A stretch of DNA of 64,000 nt from a virus. Made by a program: the position numbers and the translations under genes. Each line of letters starts with the position of its first letter. The first letter of the stretch is position 1. The stretch lies in the IMG/VR virus record IMGVR_UViG_3300043436_003448, positions 2,369-66,368 of that record; one strand, given 5' to 3'. Below, piece by piece: positions 10,299 through 20,848 of the stretch. The notes beneath the pieces were generated by a model. It saw nothing but the letters and a program-made list of their open reading frames with translations. It searched no databases and was not told where the DNA came from.

Positions 10299-12277
10299 TC
10301 CGTAATCTCCGCTTCCCAGCGATGGAAGATCGTAGCCGTATCTCCGAAGAAACAGTTCTGAAGTGAAGCCAACGTGAAGTAATAACCGTAATACGGATTG
10401 CAGGTTTCGGTATCGAGAGAAATGAACTTCTCAGCCCCGGCCGCATTACCGGGACCAATGTACGTTCTTGTGATCCGAAGCTGTCCAAGATTCAGTTTGG
10501 CCGTTATCAGGAATGGGCCTGACGATGGTAAACCAGTGACAGTATCGGTGAAAAACGAATTCACTACCGCATACCCAATGTACTCGCAGGTGATCAGAAT
10601 TCCCGACCCTGACACGACAACGGTTTGGTAGTAAATCAGATCCATTTCCAAGGTACATGAACCAGTCGCGGGTGGTGGCGGAATATCACTCGGAAGCGAC
10701 CACCCGTACAATCGTAAATGCAGAATTGGGGGATGAGATCCGCAATCTGCGTAACATGGAGTTGCGGTTACGCATGTCAGCAGCAATTCACAATCGCCAT
10801 CGAATGACGTTGTAAGGTTCAGTGTGAAATAGTCATCCATCGCATAATTTGCGCCAGACAACGTACCGCTGATAACCGTGTTGGTGTCCCCAATTACGGC
10901 CGAAGAGATGGAGTAATCTTCGTAGTCCACCGACAACTGGCATTGACCCTCATCGTTCTGAGTGAGGCACACATGCAGATCAAATGGCATCGGTGAATCA
11001 TCGAGATCGACACCGCCAGATGAAACCCAGCACTTTAACGAGTTGCTCCAGGTAAAGAGGATGTTGCGATACAGAGTTTGATTAACGTACAGGAAGCCGC
11101 AAAGGTACTTCGGAACGCATCGTCGCTTGCCGCAGTGATAGTCCCAGCATCCGCACCGACCGCCGCGGATGTCGATTCCTGCCAGATCCTCAGCGATGGA
11201 TTGCCCAGGTAGCGACGGTGGTGAAGGATCGTCGACCGGCCGAACGTCCAAACTCTTGAAGTCACATCCGCAGCTTGTGAGGGGAACTCGCTGGTAGGTT
11301 TCGCCTTCCCCGTCCGTTGTTGCTGGAGATTCGAAATCCGGCTGAAGAAACGTGCTCCCGTACAAATCCTGAATCAAATGCAAATGCTGAACGAATGCCG
11401 TCGTATCTTTTGGATTATGAATCCATCGGCCAATAATCCACTCCTGCTGATCTTCGTCAAATCGCGGTTCAAAATACTCATCCCATGCGAAATCTCGCCA
11501 CCATTCGATTTCCCAAGATATCCGAGGCGATCGAATTCGATTGATTCGATTGTGTTTCTTTGTGATGCAGATGTACCTTGGCAGGTCAGTACATTCGTAG
11601 GTTTCAAACCCTTCTGGAAACGGCACCGTGATGCTAAGAGTGTCGTCCACTGAATCAGATGGAAATCGCGTTCTGAATGGCACCTTCACTGTGGCGTAAT
11701 TGTTGAGTGAAATGGTCCCGACGCATCCATCATAGGCCGTCACTCCCGTTACTGAAATCGCCGGTACTCCAAGGCACGTCACAACTGTGTGATCAATGCT
11801 AACTTCCTCACTGATCCCAAGCGATGGAATCAAAATCGTCCATCGGCACCCTGTGTCGTACAGGTCCGCATATGCTCCAATTGCGGCATTCGAGAGGTAA
11901 ATCGTGATACTGTGCCCGACGATCGAGCCAGAATAGACAATGACATCTTCGCCGCCTGTTGTTCCAACTCCGGCCAACATCGGCACCACGACATTTCGAC
12001 AACATGCATTGCCATTGGTCGCAGTGAACTTCGCAAGAATCAACCGAGGCAGACACCGGCAACAATGCCGCAATTCCGGTTCTGTTGCACTTTCATTCTT
12101 CCGAACGTAGTTACATGGATCGCAACAACAGCAGTAATCCTTGATTCCCGTCCTCACTCCCGCATGGTGAGACGCGCAGCCGGGATGGATGTTGAACCGG
12201 TCCGGCCCATTGCTTTCACGGACTGTGTCAATTCTAGCCACTGATAATTTCCTCTTCGGAACAGCACAGCGTGTCAA
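10295..12277 (-). CDS. Cysteine-rich virion (tail tip/fibre-associated) protein
   Basis: 660 aa with many Cys clusters (CCCCDPC, CCRC, CGCW); located in the tail module. Confidence 0.5.
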   Translation of the reverse strand: MTRCAVPKRKLSVARIDTVRESNGPDRFNIHPGCASHHAGVRTGIKDYCCCCDPCNYVRKNESATEPELRHCCRCLPRLILAKFTATNGNACCRNVVVPMLAGVGTTGGEDVIVYSGSIVGHSITIYLSNAAIGAYADLYDTGCRWTILIPSLGISEEVSIDHTVVTCLGVPAISVTGVTAYDGCVGTISLNNYATVKVPFRTRFPSDSVDDTLSITVPFPEGFETYECTDLPRYICITKKHNRINRIRSPRISWEIEWWRDFAWDEYFEPRFDEDQQEWIIGRWIHNPKDTTAFVQHLHLIQDLYGSTFLQPDFESPATTDGEGETYQRVPLTSCGCDFKSLDVRPVDDPSPPSLPGQSIAEDLAGIDIRGGRCGCWDYHCGKRRCVPKYLCGFLYVNQTLYRNILFTWSNSLKCWVSSGGVDLDDSPMPFDLHVCLTQNDEGQCQLSVDYEDYSISSAVIGDTNTVISGTLSGANYAMDDYFTLNLTTSFDGDCELLLTCVTATPCYADCGSHPPILHLRLYGWSLPSDIPPPPATGSCTLEMDLIYYQTVVVSGSGILITCEYIGYAVVNSFFTDTVTGLPSSGPFLITAKLNLGQLRITRTYIGPGNAAGAEKFISLDTETCNPYYGYYFTLASLQNCFFGDTATIFHRWEAEITE

Positions 12278-13883
12278 TCATCCAGATGCACGGCACCGCT
12301 CTGATTTCATCAAGGCAATAAAGGACATAGTCCAAACCGGCTTGATAGTTCTCGCTTTTCATCAGCGTGGCCGTTCCGCTTAGGCCAACCAGCAGTTCGA
12401 TCGGTAAATTGAAATGGCAATACTCGGGATCGTAAACCTTCTTTTCATCTCCAACCGCTACGCCAGTTCCACCGCATGAAACATGCTTAACGAGCACAAC
12501 AACGTGATCACAGCCGAGAGCGCCAAGGCCAACCGTGAACGAGGCGGAAAGAATCGTAAACCTCATGCGAGGCGCACCAGAACCAGCAACCGCCCGCGGC
12601 TGCTCAGGCAACAAATTATGCTGCCAACTTCTTAGCCTGCTCTGAACCCTCATTCCTTCCGGAAACATTGCCTGACTCAATATCAGACAATCATCAAACG
12701 CCGTCGGCTGCCACTTCTGAATTCCGCTGAACGTGTAATCGTGAACCTTGTAAAATCGGTTGTAGTAGTCTTTCGCCGCCTGAGTCGCGATCTCATCCGT
12801 CACTTCGTCATAGTAGACCCGCAAAACGGCAGACGTTCCCGCAACAGTCTTGACATCCGATAGCCCCAGCCCCGTAGCGGTCTTCTCGTAATACTCTGAA
12901 CTATCGGCACCTTTTGGGATTAGGATCTTTGCCGGAAGGAAGGCGCTTCCCTGGCTGGAAGTCGACATCTGGCCGCCCATCTTCTGATTCGGGAAACCAA
13001 CGTCCTCAAACCCGGAATCAGGAGAAGTCACAGTTCCATAAACATCCCGAGCGCCAAGATTTATCCCAACCTTGCCCTGCAAATTGTTCTCGTGAATAAC
13101 CCTTGAGTCATCCACTGAGATGAACGCGAAATTGGTATCGGCCAATGATGGAGTTCGGCCATTCGTTTCACTGATCTCAGGGATAATCTGGCACCCAATG
13201 TGCCACGCCAGAGTTTCAATGAAAACTGCCATGTTCTCGTAATCGTTACTTTCACGGATGTCCGGCAAGCTCGAGTATTTGTCGTTCTCGCAAGTCATCC
13301 ACAGATCGCCCGTGTCGTTCATTCTGTCGTTCAGGTAGTCAATGATTGCCTGAACGTCTGCAAACTCTTCACCGCTGATTGCTTCAACGTTCAGCCACTG
13401 CCACCAATACCGCTGATCAACCAAAGGCAACAACCAGCAGTTTTGAACGTCGACATTTTCAGGTAGCCCCGTCGGGGTGATCGGCCGAGGAGGAAGGGGG
13501 CTCACGGTCAGCGACAAATCGGGCGACCAGTTTTCCGAGCCTTCCGGCTGAACTTTCCAGTTGTCGCGGCTGGAGAATCTCAGTTTGAGCTTGTTCGAAT
13601 TGGCCGCCGCTTCAGTAAGAATCGCTTCCTTCTGGAGCGTATTGACCAGAAAAATCCCGTAGCTCCAGCGAGTTGCGCCCGTCGGAATAACAAGCTGATT
13701 CAATTTCGGTCGAGGCAGTTCCGGATAGTTCGGGAAAAGCAGATTCCGCCCGCGCGGAGTGTTCACGGCAGCAGGCTTGCCAAAGAACCGCATCATGTCC
13801 AACGAATGGTGAGACTCGATGTAGCGGTCAATTGCTCCAGTCGGATCCTGCAGAAGAATAGGAGTTTCGCCAACCTTGATCAT
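12234..13883 (-). CDS. Putative tail/baseplate hub protein
   Basis: 549-aa ORF in the tail module, coupled to neighbours; function from position only. Confidence 0.45.
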   Translation of the reverse strand: MIKVGETPILLQDPTGAIDRYIESHHSLDMMRFFGKPAAVNTPRGRNLLFPNYPELPRPKLNQLVIPTGATRWSYGIFLVNTLQKEAILTEAAANSNKLKLRFSSRDNWKVQPEGSENWSPDLSLTVSPLPPRPITPTGLPENVDVQNCWLLPLVDQRYWWQWLNVEAISGEEFADVQAIIDYLNDRMNDTGDLWMTCENDKYSSLPDIRESNDYENMAVFIETLAWHIGCQIIPEISETNGRTPSLADTNFAFISVDDSRVIHENNLQGKVGINLGARDVYGTVTSPDSGFEDVGFPNQKMGGQMSTSSQGSAFLPAKILIPKGADSSEYYEKTATGLGLSDVKTVAGTSAVLRVYYDEVTDEIATQAAKDYYNRFYKVHDYTFSGIQKWQPTAFDDCLILSQAMFPEGMRVQSRLRSWQHNLLPEQPRAVAGSGAPRMRFTILSASFTVGLGALGCDHVVVLVKHVSCGGTGVAVGDEKKVYDPEYCHFNLPIELLVGLSGTATLMKSENYQAGLDYVLYCLDEIRAVPCIWMIDTLCCSEEEIISG

Positions 13884-14452
13884 GGGGCAGTAATTCCCTC
13901 AGGCTCATTGTCGCTGTCGCCTTCAAGGTTCCATTTGAAGTCAACGGAGAAATCAATAGCCAATGTCGCCTTCTGGACCGTCGCGCCCTTACCCTCTCCC
14001 TTTCCGGCCGATTGCGGTTGAGTGTCCGACATAGGCTTGATGCAATCGATCAGGCAAGGCGTGTAACCATCGCCGCCGGCTTCCAGTTCCTGCAAATAGC
14101 TTCCCATCAATGCTTTCAGAATCTTCGTTTGAAGTCTCAGCAATCCACGGCCGGAGAGGGTGAGCATGCCCGTTGAAACGCCAGATCTATCAACGCGATT
14201 TGCCGACCATATTGCTACTCTCAGAGTGCCTTGATACGGGAGGACAGCAGCCCCACCGCCGGACATGGCGCCGAAGTCAAACGTGCCGCCAGTAATCTGG
14301 ACCGTCAGCACTTCGTTGTTCTGAAGTGATTGAGGAATTTCGTCTTCAATAACGATGTGGATTCGATTGGCAAATTCCGGAAGCTTTGATTGAAGCAAAG
14401 AAGATGCCCGGAGCAGGACTTCGGCTTTTGTTGTCGAGCTTGCACCGGGCAT
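13880..14452 (-). CDS. Putative tail completion/terminator protein
   Basis: 190 aa; size and alternating beta pattern similar to tail-completion proteins; position. Confidence 0.4.
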   Translation of the reverse strand: MPGASSTTKAEVLLRASSLLQSKLPEFANRIHIVIEDEIPQSLQNNEVLTVQITGGTFDFGAMSGGGAAVLPYQGTLRVAIWSANRVDRSGVSTGMLTLSGRGLLRLQTKILKALMGSYLQELEAGGDGYTPCLIDCIKPMSDTQPQSAGKGEGKGATVQKATLAIDFSVDFKWNLEGDSDNEPEGITAP

Positions 14453-14505
14453 AGGTCACCAATGTTTAAGAAATCGCAGGACGGCCGGAAAGAAGGGAGG
14501 CCTGA

Positions 14506-15033
14506 TCAAACTTCCATGTTCGTGGCAAGCACTTCCATCAGGTCAACAACATTCTCTTTGAACATGTCGCCGCCCATTGGGTGAAGAGTCTTGCGGGCAA
14601 ACTCCTCAACTTCCGTCAGAGTCCGAACCGGAGAACCACCAGTCATTGACAGAGTTGTCGTGACGGTGATGTCCGCTTTTGTTCCCTTGAACTGAATCGT
14701 GTGAGTGAAGTTCGGCGTTGAACCCGTCGCGCTGACAGCCGTTGTGCTGAGTCCTTCACCGGAAAGCAAACGCAGAGCAGCCTGAACAGTCGCCGCGCTG
14801 GCGTTGTAGGCCAATGCTGACGTGGTTCGAGCGCCGTTGACATCATCCGTCAGAGTGATGGTGTATGTGCCACCTGTTGGCGTTCCAGCAATCTGCAAAG
14901 TCCATTGCTGAGTATCACCCGACACTGCCTCATCAATCGCCGCCAACAAAGCATCAGCAGCCGCGATGATGGCCGTTTTGTCGTCCGAGGAAGGGGCAAG
15001 GCTCATTGCCTGGGTAGGAGTTTTCGCGACCAT
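14506..15033 (-). CDS. Virion structural protein with GTPTGGTYTIT..LAYNASAATVQAAL domain
   Basis: Domain is also present in the neighbouring 545-aa protein (GTATSGTYRIT..LNYDATPSTVAAAL); a motif common in phage tail/decoration proteins. Confidence 0.55.
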   Translation of the reverse strand: MVAKTPTQAMSLAPSSDDKTAIIAAADALLAAIDEAVSGDTQQWTLQIAGTPTGGTYTITLTDDVNGARTTSALAYNASAATVQAALRLLSGEGLSTTAVSATGSTPNFTHTIQFKGTKADITVTTTLSMTGGSPVRTLTEVEEFARKTLHPMGGDMFKENVVDLMEVLATNMEV

Positions 15034-15077
15034 CTTTCAAGTTCCTTTCAGTTCAACAATCAATCAGTAAATCGAAA

Positions 15078-16715
15078 TCAAAGCGGGGTGAAATCCGCAA
15101 TAGTTCCCGTCGGATCAGTCGGAATCAGAATCCCGAGTCTTCGCATTCCAAAATTCCGCTCCATACCCCAATGCATGGTTCCGCCGAAATCATTCGCGAC
15201 CGCAACGGCCCAGCTATCTCCAGTCGTGAAACCAACCGGACCTGTGAATGCAACCAGATAGACACCGCCCGCATACAAGGGCGAAATTTCCGCACAGACA
15301 GGGTTCTCAACAAACACCTTTCGGGTATTCGGAAGAGTTGTTGAACATCGAATTCGAAGGTAAACAGAAGCTGGAAGCTGAAACGGAGTCATGAACACCG
15401 GGGAGCCGCTGGCCGCATTGTCAGCCGCCGCCTTAAACGCCGTCCCGAGGCTTGTCGCCGCAACCGTGTATTTCAGATCATTTCCAGCATCGTCCTGGAT
15501 GACCGAACCCCCGACGCCATTCGTTAGCGATATTTCAACGACACCGGACGCCGCCGCAGTATTGACCGCCAGCCACGCGTTCACAGCGTATGGCGTATTG
15601 ACTTTCAGGTGAGTCAGAAGATGACTCACGGAAACCAGCGTAGACCCATCAGATACGAGGACCAGCGGAGAACTGCCAAGACTCGGAGACGCAAACGCCG
15701 TCGGAGTGGCAACTACAAAGCTTCCGGAATCGGTTGATTCAATGACCGCCGTCGTGACCGCTTCCCGCATCCCATAGAATTTGATTGTGTGGACGTAGTT
15801 CGGGGAAGTTCCTGTTGCCGAAACACTGACTTTCGAGAACCCGGAAAGCTGAGCCAGAGCAGCCGCTACCGTTGATGGCGTTGCATCGTAATTCAGATTG
15901 CCCGTTGATTGAGTGCCGAGAATCGAGGTTGTAACCGTGATTCGATACGTTCCAGAAGTTGCCGTTCCGGTAATCGTGATTGTGTCAGTTTGTGGCTGAC
16001 CGCTCAAAACGGCAGTCCCAAGAACCCCGACATTCGCAATCCAACTGCCAGGCAGAACGCTGTCCGATGTTGTGAATGAATTCAGCGAGCCGCTTCCCGT
16101 CAATCCGGTAAACACGGTGAAAACAGAAAGGGAAGTCTGAATTCCAGCGCCGCCAAAACCGTTCGGCGAAAGCCCATCAGAACTCGCATCACAATTAACC
16201 TGAAGATACCCGCCAGAAACCGCCACAACATCAATGGATTCAGGCAATAACTGAGGGTTATCAATTCCCTTGATCGTCTTTTTACTGGACACCAAGATGC
16301 AATCGCCAGCATTCCCGCCATCAGGCGTCACACCCACGCTAACAGTCGGAGCAATCAGGGACTCAGTCCGATCGTCCATCTGGAATGCCAGTTCGACCAA
16401 AGCATCCGTGACCGTCTTTGATGGCAGGCTAACGGCTTCATCGACTTTCAGAATCAGGATTTGTTCCGCCACTGTCTTCAACGCGGAAACAGCACTTGAA
16501 ACCGTCGATTCTTCGTTCGCAATCGCCTTTTCGGCCGAAGAGAGGGAGGCCAACCACGCGGAGGTTGAAAACTCAGCAGTAACGGCAGTAGCAACGGAAT
16601 CCCATGCGGTTCGGCGATCCTCAACCGAGGAATCAACCTGAGTTTGCAGCGCGAACACCTGGCCGAGCAGGTCAAAAAGCCCGTCCGTCCCATTTTCTAA
16701 GGTGATGTCTGCCAT
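15078..16715 (-). CDS. Virion structural (tail-associated) protein
   Basis: 545 aa, Ser/Thr/Gly-rich beta protein sharing an internal domain with 14506..15033. Confidence 0.55.
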   Translation of the reverse strand: MADITLENGTDGLFDLLGQVFALQTQVDSSVEDRRTAWDSVATAVTAEFSTSAWLASLSSAEKAIANEESTVSSAVSALKTVAEQILILKVDEAVSLPSKTVTDALVELAFQMDDRTESLIAPTVSVGVTPDGGNAGDCILVSSKKTIKGIDNPQLLPESIDVVAVSGGYLQVNCDASSDGLSPNGFGGAGIQTSLSVFTVFTGLTGSGSLNSFTTSDSVLPGSWIANVGVLGTAVLSGQPQTDTITITGTATSGTYRITVTTSILGTQSTGNLNYDATPSTVAAALAQLSGFSKVSVSATGTSPNYVHTIKFYGMREAVTTAVIESTDSGSFVVATPTAFASPSLGSSPLVLVSDGSTLVSVSHLLTHLKVNTPYAVNAWLAVNTAAASGVVEISLTNGVGGSVIQDDAGNDLKYTVAATSLGTAFKAAADNAASGSPVFMTPFQLPASVYLRIRCSTTLPNTRKVFVENPVCAEISPLYAGGVYLVAFTGPVGFTTGDSWAVAVANDFGGTMHWGMERNFGMRRLGILIPTDPTGTIADFTPL

Positions 16716-16799
16716 GATCTCAATCCGAAAGATTCGAAGAAGGAAAACCCATGAATCTCACATGCATGTTGCATGGATGTCAATAGAGTATCAGGTTTT

Positions 16800-18767
16800 T
16801 CAGACCATTGGATGATCGGACTTGTAAATGTTGGTCAAACTGAACGAATACGGGCCAGTCCCATATTGCCCAGAGGACACCACCGGATCGTAATCAGGAA
16901 CTCCGAAGTGCAATTCAGTCGGAGCTTTCGCCAGCCCGTATTTGTATTCAGCGCGAACGATGTAATCCTTTGTGTCATCCGGAAGCCGCTGGGGTTCGCA
17001 GGTCAATTCCGTTTTTGACAGCAGAACATGAAGGTTGTTTTTGAAATCCCGAAACGTCGCTCTTGGTTCAGACAGGCGAGGCGGGGCGTTGTGCCGCTTT
17101 GCCACAACTCTGACAATTCGCTCCCACTGCGAAGGACCGAGACGCATGAAAACCGTCGAATCTCCATCTTCCGGAGTTGTGCTTGAGCCCGGAGACGATG
17201 GAGACCCGGACCCCGGAGAAGTACCAAACGGATCCAGCCCGAGCGATGACGGAGACATCGGAGCCGAGAAGTACAACGGGCGCTCAGTTGTTTGAACGTC
17301 GATTTCAAACGTCTGATAAATGCCGTCTTTTGTGTGCGATTCGTTGAACGTTGTATCCGGCAAAGGCTGGATTTCAGGGACCGTTTCAATGACAACTTCC
17401 GGCAACGTCGGACGAGCTCCAGTTGAATCCTTCAAGCCATAATCGTAATCCGAGGATCCGGGGTAGTTCTTCGACTGAACCCCTGAGTTCATCGAGAAGT
17501 CTTTTGTGCAGGCTCCCTGAAGATGTGCAGCAAATGCCCCAGCAACAGTGATTCCGCCCATGATGTCAGGGGATTCATTGTTGCGATTTCCACGCGTCAA
17601 AGTGTTGTTGTAATCAGGAATCATCGTTCCGTCGATTTTCAGGCCGAACCGGCGAGTAATCCCAATTAACCCGTTCGGATCCTGTGGATTCGGCAGGGGA
17701 TTCGCCTTTTCTGTGATTCGCTTCGTGTTGTAAACAACCGTGACCTGGCTATCCTGAGACGTGCCGGACTCATCGGACATTTCATAGCGAATCAACCGGA
17801 ACGTCTTATTGTTCAGTAAGTCAGTTCTGAGTTTCCCGTCAGCAATCCGAGCAGCCAAACCCACCAAATCCGACTTTTTAACGTCCCGCGGCCCTTTCAG
17901 GGTAATTGCCAAAACTTCGTCAATCTCAATGGCGTATTCCGCATGAGAAACCTTGTGAGAGATCCTCAAACTTGTTGCCGGATGTGGCGCGGTAACATGC
18001 ACTTCCTCATGAACTACAGTGTACTGCAGATTGAGTTGATCCTGAGATTGGCGGAAGGACATTGACTTCAACCGCATTCCAGGACTGATTGCCGGAACAA
18101 CCAGTTCCCGGAAGTCATGAGGATTCTTCAGGGGATTTGCGAGCTTCAATTCCCCCACAAAAACACGACTTTTCAGGTAGAGGTTTTCGTCGATGTCATC
18201 CGCACAGGTCCATCGATTCGACAGAATGCCCTTCCGTCGCTGGATGGTATCGGAAACAGAACCAAAATTCGTGCAATCAGGAGAGACGCAGACAGTCACC
18301 TCCCAGACAACTTTAATCGCCGCATTCCCGGCAATGTGCTCGACTGACAAGACTTTGGGAATCGGTCCACCCTGACAATCAAATTCCTGCGAAAACTCAT
18401 CGTCCGTCGAGGACATTGGTTTTGCCTGCAGAATGGTTGTCGGGTTCAATCCCGTGACGCCCAATGTCATTTTGAAGTTTTGACGGGGTTTCGCCAGCAG
18501 ATCACGAAGTTTCAAGTGCTGGCTTCCGGCCGTCTGAGCCGTCGCGCCCTGCATTGCTCCCATTTGTGGCTGAATCATCACATAGGCTTCAGTCTGGGCG
18601 AGGAAGTAGCCACTGACTCTAACCAGAAACCTGTCATAGATGTGGACCAACCCAGAGGCATCGTGAACCGCCTCTTGCTTGAATTCCAACGTCTGACAGT
18701 TTGAGATTTTCACCGGGTTTGTCGGAGGCCCGTATTCAATTTCCGTGTATCCGTCAGACATGATCAA
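16800..18767 (-). CDS. Putative distal tail/baseplate protein
   Basis: 655-aa ORF immediately downstream of the tape-measure-like gene. Confidence 0.45.
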   Translation of the reverse strand: MIMSDGYTEIEYGPPTNPVKISNCQTLEFKQEAVHDASGLVHIYDRFLVRVSGYFLAQTEAYVMIQPQMGAMQGATAQTAGSQHLKLRDLLAKPRQNFKMTLGVTGLNPTTILQAKPMSSTDDEFSQEFDCQGGPIPKVLSVEHIAGNAAIKVVWEVTVCVSPDCTNFGSVSDTIQRRKGILSNRWTCADDIDENLYLKSRVFVGELKLANPLKNPHDFRELVVPAISPGMRLKSMSFRQSQDQLNLQYTVVHEEVHVTAPHPATSLRISHKVSHAEYAIEIDEVLAITLKGPRDVKKSDLVGLAARIADGKLRTDLLNNKTFRLIRYEMSDESGTSQDSQVTVVYNTKRITEKANPLPNPQDPNGLIGITRRFGLKIDGTMIPDYNNTLTRGNRNNESPDIMGGITVAGAFAAHLQGACTKDFSMNSGVQSKNYPGSSDYDYGLKDSTGARPTLPEVVIETVPEIQPLPDTTFNESHTKDGIYQTFEIDVQTTERPLYFSAPMSPSSLGLDPFGTSPGSGSPSSPGSSTTPEDGDSTVFMRLGPSQWERIVRVVAKRHNAPPRLSEPRATFRDFKNNLHVLLSKTELTCEPQRLPDDTKDYIVRAEYKYGLAKAPTELHFGVPDYDPVVSSGQYGTGPYSFSLTNIYKSDHPMV

Positions 18768-20848
18768 TTCCCCCCGAGTGGTGGCAATGGCGGCCGAGGA
18801 GGAGCAGCAGCCGGCAGATTGGCGAACAGGTTGTGCAATGGAGCCGCTTCAAGGTTTCGCTGAGGACCGTTACCGTTTTTCAAGTCTTCCAATGCCTTCA
18901 CCATGTTGTCATTGATGAAATCAAACCCTAATCCCTTTTCGATCTCATTGAATGCTTTGACGATTCCAATACTTGAATTCCTGACAGCTTCAAACACATT
19001 ATTGACCATGTTCAGGCCAAACGTCAGAGCGTGCAAACCGGCCAACATCGCCCCGTCAGTGATCGGCCGCAAGTTTTCCTCGAGCCGGTTGATTGCTTCC
19101 ATGTGATTTGCCCCGGCATTGCTCAGGGTTCTTGATGTCTGGATGTCTCGGAGTAGTCTCGAAACATCCAATTGAGCTTTTGCCGCGGTCAATCCGCCGT
19201 CCAGATGCGCAACGCGGAGAGCAGTTTCGTAACCCTGCTTGCCAAGTTTCATCAGTGCGTAAACTGCAATGCCAATAGCAGCAACAAAGGCGACAACAGC
19301 AAGAACTGCGCCAGCCGCAACGGCACCACCTGCAGCAACTCCACCACCTCCGGCCGCCGCTCCTGCTCCAGCGCCACCGCCTCCCGCAGCAGCCCCGCCA
19401 CCACCAGCACCACCACCAAACATCCGAGCGAAGAAACCACCACCGCCGCCGGCACCGCCACCAGTTCCCGCAGCCCCGCCACCAGTCGCCCCGCCAGTTC
19501 CACCAGCACCACGCATCAGCCGCCGCCCGTTCACAACGCCGCGACGAAACCGACGAGCCAGAATCCTCCGACCTGCCCGGCCAATTCTCGTTCGAATTTG
19601 ATTCTTCAGACCACGAAAGAACCCTTGCCCTGAGTTCCCCTGATTGTTTCCACCATCATCATTACCGTCATCATTCCCATCATCACCGCCGCCATTGTTC
19701 CCGCCGCCGGACCCACCAGACCCACTAGAACTATTGCCGGAGCTACTCGCGCCCGAGCTTCCCCCACTCCCGGCCGACATGCCGCGAAACATTCCCCAGG
19801 ACTGAGCCAGCAGCTTATCAAAGGATTCTCCGATTCGGCCGGAAAGAGAGGAGGCCCCGCCGCCGCCAGAAACATTCCCAGCGCCACCATTGGCCGAAAA
19901 CCCGCCATTCAGCAGACCGCCGACATTCGCCGTCATCGACTTCAAGGATTGACCGACATTTCCAATCATTGCCCGCATGGAATCTGCGATCGAGGAAGAG
20001 TTGAGCCAGTTCTGAACAGGCCCAGCGTTTCCAGCATTTCCAGAGGACGGAAGAAACGCAGAAGCCGTCGGCCATGAGCCCCAAGGAATCACGCCGGCCA
20101 TTGGTCGAGATCTCCCGACGCTGGTTCCGGCCGGAGAGGAAGGGGCTTCGCTTCTCGCTGAATCTATCCCGTCGTGCTCCCCAAACCACGAAGCAAAGGA
20201 CTTTGGAGCCTTCAGGATCTTTCTCACTGCCGCAGTAACAGCCCCGTCGACAGAGTTACTCTGTCCTGCCTGTGACGCCCCGGTAGATGGATCACCTCCC
20301 TTCCCTATTCCAGAGATTTGAGAAACAATCGAACTGGCCATCTTTGCGAGAGGACCAGTCACAGAGTCAATTGCAGGAGCCGCCCCGCCAGCTGAGTCGG
20401 CCATTTCCGTAACAGCATCTTTGAACGCATTCGCTGCTTCAGGGATTCCGCTGAATGCCCTGCCAGCCGCCGCAATCTGCTGAATCACAGCAGTCCCAGC
20501 ACCGCCGACCGTTCCGAGGACATTCATGTCATCGGCAAGGGTTGTTTTCCTGTGACGATCGGCCGGAGAGGAGGAGAATTCGCCATCGGCTGAGTTAGGC
20601 CCAGAATTGCCATCATCGACCGGAGAGGGCAATTGATTTTGAGACAGTTGAGCCCGCTGAGCCATCGCCGCCGCAGTGCTGGCCGATCGGATGTTCTCAA
20701 GAGCCGACGCCGCCTGCTGAAGATGACTCACAGAACCGGAATCTGGATCACGCAACGGCCGTTTGCCAGTCGCAACGACAACCCTTTGAGCAGTCGTCTC
20801 AGCAGCATTCTGGAGAACGCGGTTCAGGATGTCGTTGAGACTATCCAT
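18764..20848 (-). CDS. Tape-measure-like protein, Gly/Ala-rich with hydrophobic segment
   Basis: Follows the tail tube and frameshifted chaperone. Ala/Gly-rich with a TM-like stretch (AVLAVVAFVAAIGIAVYAL). Likely start MDSLNDIL at 20848 rather than 20911. Confidence 0.65.
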   Translation of the reverse strand: MDSLNDILNRVLQNAAETTAQRVVVATGKRPLRDPDSGSVSHLQQAASALENIRSASTAAAMAQRAQLSQNQLPSPVDDGNSGPNSADGEFSSSPADRHRKTTLADDMNVLGTVGGAGTAVIQQIAAAGRAFSGIPEAANAFKDAVTEMADSAGGAAPAIDSVTGPLAKMASSIVSQISGIGKGGDPSTGASQAGQSNSVDGAVTAAVRKILKAPKSFASWFGEHDGIDSARSEAPSSPAGTSVGRSRPMAGVIPWGSWPTASAFLPSSGNAGNAGPVQNWLNSSSIADSMRAMIGNVGQSLKSMTANVGGLLNGGFSANGGAGNVSGGGGASSLSGRIGESFDKLLAQSWGMFRGMSAGSGGSSGASSSGNSSSGSGGSGGGNNGGGDDGNDDGNDDGGNNQGNSGQGFFRGLKNQIRTRIGRAGRRILARRFRRGVVNGRRLMRGAGGTGGATGGGAAGTGGGAGGGGGFFARMFGGGAGGGGAAAGGGGAGAGAAAGGGGVAAGGAVAAGAVLAVVAFVAAIGIAVYALMKLGKQGYETALRVAHLDGGLTAAKAQLDVSRLLRDIQTSRTLSNAGANHMEAINRLEENLRPITDGAMLAGLHALTFGLNMVNNVFEAVRNSSIGIVKAFNEIEKGLGFDFINDNMVKALEDLKNGNGPQRNLEAAPLHNLFANLPAAAPPRPPLPPLGGN

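Noticed and set aside
19269-19800. GGC/GGT-rich low-complexity tract as a repeat element or separate Pro-rich gene
   Set aside because: It is the Gly-rich segment of the tape-measure-like protein; the plus-strand poly-Pro ORF is its antisense.
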